The notes below the pieces were generated by a model. The model was given only the letters and a program-made list of their open reading frames with translations, searched no databases and had not been told where the DNA came from. Positions 56,285 through 58,631 of a DNA stretch of 58,631 bases are shown here, piece by piece. The stretch comes from Alphaproteobacteria bacterium (GTDB taxonomy: Bacteria > Pseudomonadota > Alphaproteobacteria > Rickettsiales > SXRF01). The translations under genes were made by a program, and so were the position numbers. Position 1 is the stretch's first letter; every line of letters begins with the position of its first letter. The stretch lies in contig JANYCJ010000025.1 of NCBI GenBank assembly GCA_025360345.1, positions 1-58,631 of the forward strand. Direction: 5' to 3'.

Positions 56285-56835
56285 AAGACATCGTCTATGA
56301 TATCCCCACCGTAAACCTGAGCCAGCGCCGCCATACGCTGGCCGTGCTGGTGGATAATGAATTCGGCGTGCTCGCCCGCGTCATCGGCCTGTTCTCCGGC
56401 CGCGGCTACAACATCGAAAGCCTCTCCGTGGCCGAGGTGGAACACGACCTGAACAACCATGACAAGATCGGCCGCTCCCGCATCACCATCGTCACCTCCG
56501 GCACCGAAATGGTCATCGAGCAGATCAAGAAGCTGCTGGAGCGCATGGTGCCGGTATACAAGGTGCACGACCTCACCGTCGAAGGCGCGCATCTGGAGCG
56601 CGAACTGGCGCTGGTCAAGGTCGTGGGCGAAGGCCGTGACCGGGTCGAGGCCCTTCGCGTTGCCGATATTTTCCGCGCCCGCGTGGTCGATGCCACCACC
56701 AGCTCCTGCGTGTTTGAAATCACCGGCGAGTCCCAGAAGATCGACGCCTTCGTGGACATCATGAAACCGCTCGGCCTGATCGAAATCTGCCGCACCGGCA
56801 TCGCCGCCATCAGCCGGGGCAAAGAAGGCGTCTGA
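56281..56835 (+). CDS. ilvH: Acetolactate synthase, small (regulatory) subunit
   Basis: The ACT domain reads RHTLAVLVDNEFGVLARVIGLFSGRGYNIESLSV. The C-terminal ALS_ss_C-like part is present. TTG start at 56281. Confidence 0.92.
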   Translation: MKDIVYDIPTVNLSQRRHTLAVLVDNEFGVLARVIGLFSGRGYNIESLSVAEVEHDLNNHDKIGRSRITIVTSGTEMVIEQIKKLLERMVPVYKVHDLTVEGAHLERELALVKVVGEGRDRVEALRVADIFRARVVDATTSSCVFEITGESQKIDAFVDIMKPLGLIEICRTGIAAISRGKEGV

Positions 56836-56838
56836 GCC

Positions 56839-57375
56839 ATGGCCAATGACCCCAATAACGCCAATGGCGCAGGCCGCTGGCAGGACCTGCAAGCCATGCT
56901 GGACAAGCCCGGCATCAAGGGCGACATCCGCCGTGCCATGCATAAACGCCTTCAGGATCTGGGCATCACCGAACCGAAATGCAGCGCAAACCTGCTCGGC
57001 AACGCCATCACCCCGCTTGATTTCCCATTGGACTACCTTCATGAGGGCGCCATGCCGCCCGAACAGGTTACGGAGCGTTTCCGCAAACTGAAAGAAACCG
57101 CTGTTGAAACCCGGCTGAAAAACCTTGGCCGCGAGCCGGTGCGCGGTAAAGCGCCTGAAGCCCGGCTCCCTTCCGGCGCCGCAGAATACTACCAGCAGGC
57201 CAGCCAAAGCCCCGAACCGTTTAAACAACCCCCTTTCCGCAATGGGGCCGAAGAAATCAGCGTGTCCAACCTCTTCCAGATCCTCGTGTCCGACCTGCGC
57301 ATCACCGCCATAGACGCGGTGATGGAAAGTCTGGTCAAACACGGCACCGCCACAGGCCAGCCGGTAATGCGTTAA
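56839..57375 (+). CDS. Hypothetical protein
   Basis: A 178-aa ORF that starts 3 nt after the ilvH stop. The third codon position is strongly GC-rich, as in host genes. I recognise no family. Confidence 0.55.
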   Translation: MANDPNNANGAGRWQDLQAMLDKPGIKGDIRRAMHKRLQDLGITEPKCSANLLGNAITPLDFPLDYLHEGAMPPEQVTERFRKLKETAVETRLKNLGREPVRGKAPEARLPSGAAEYYQQASQSPEPFKQPPFRNGAEEISVSNLFQILVSDLRITAIDAVMESLVKHGTATGQPVMR

Positions 57376-57563
57376 AAAACATAGGCAAGGGTGCTACTCT
57401 CCCCCTTCTGGCCCGCAAATACCGGCAATTCCTTGATATCCCACCCTTTGCCCGCCTTTTAGCCGCTCAAACGCTGATTATCTGCACCGGAATTGCAGAA
57501 AGTCCTGTATTTTTAGTGAAAGAAAAAGTAGATCAAAAGCGGATTGATACTGGAGAGCCTTAA

Positions 57564-58631
<1,068 letters not shown>

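Overview
This is a gene-dense, high-GC chromosomal segment (about 60% G+C by eye). I count about 62 protein-coding genes and one ncRNA. I found no rRNA or tRNA genes, no CRISPR array and no transposase or integrase. An alphaproteobacterium-like host is suggested by a circularly permuted (two-piece) tmRNA, an alpha-type SspB, HdaA, and the gene orders gpmI-envC-ctpA-yibQ-rppH, der-bamB-yfgM and hflK-hflC...degP. Most of the window is housekeeping: GpmI, CtpA, RppH, MscL, Der, BamB, GuaA, Ndk, PurM/PurN, HdaA, RsmD, ThyX, TadA, EttA, ApbC, HflKC, DegP, SerB, MiaA and IlvI/H/C. A Phe/Tyr catabolic gene set is split into two loci (hmgA-fahA-maiA at 26.5-31 kb; phhA-hppD at 41-43.6 kb). Five things stand out. 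(1) A sharply bounded low-GC two-gene cassette at 43589-44999 encodes a zinc-ribbon mini-protein translationally coupled to a double-domain dCTP-deaminase-like enzyme; this is my best candidate for an undescribed system. (2) The tmRNA tag ORF contains two in-frame ANDN modules, and the adaptor gene sspB lies directly downstream. (3) Unknown genes are wedged into conserved operons: a GT-C-like membrane protein inside hmgA-fahA-maiA, a CX3C-rich lipoprotein between ilvI and ilvH, and an unknown ORF between ilvH and ilvC. (4) There are two pockets of orphan genes: 35.4-37.4 kb, which includes a protein built of three ~90-aa repeats, and 39.2-41.0 kb, which includes a 460-aa HExxH protein. (5) There is an orphan MotAB stator pair, and an ABC ATPase is paired with an M50B-like membrane protein. 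All calls come from reading motifs in the supplied translations and the DNA; no database search was run. Many long ORFs in the track are antisense shadow ORFs typical of high-GC DNA and were not called.
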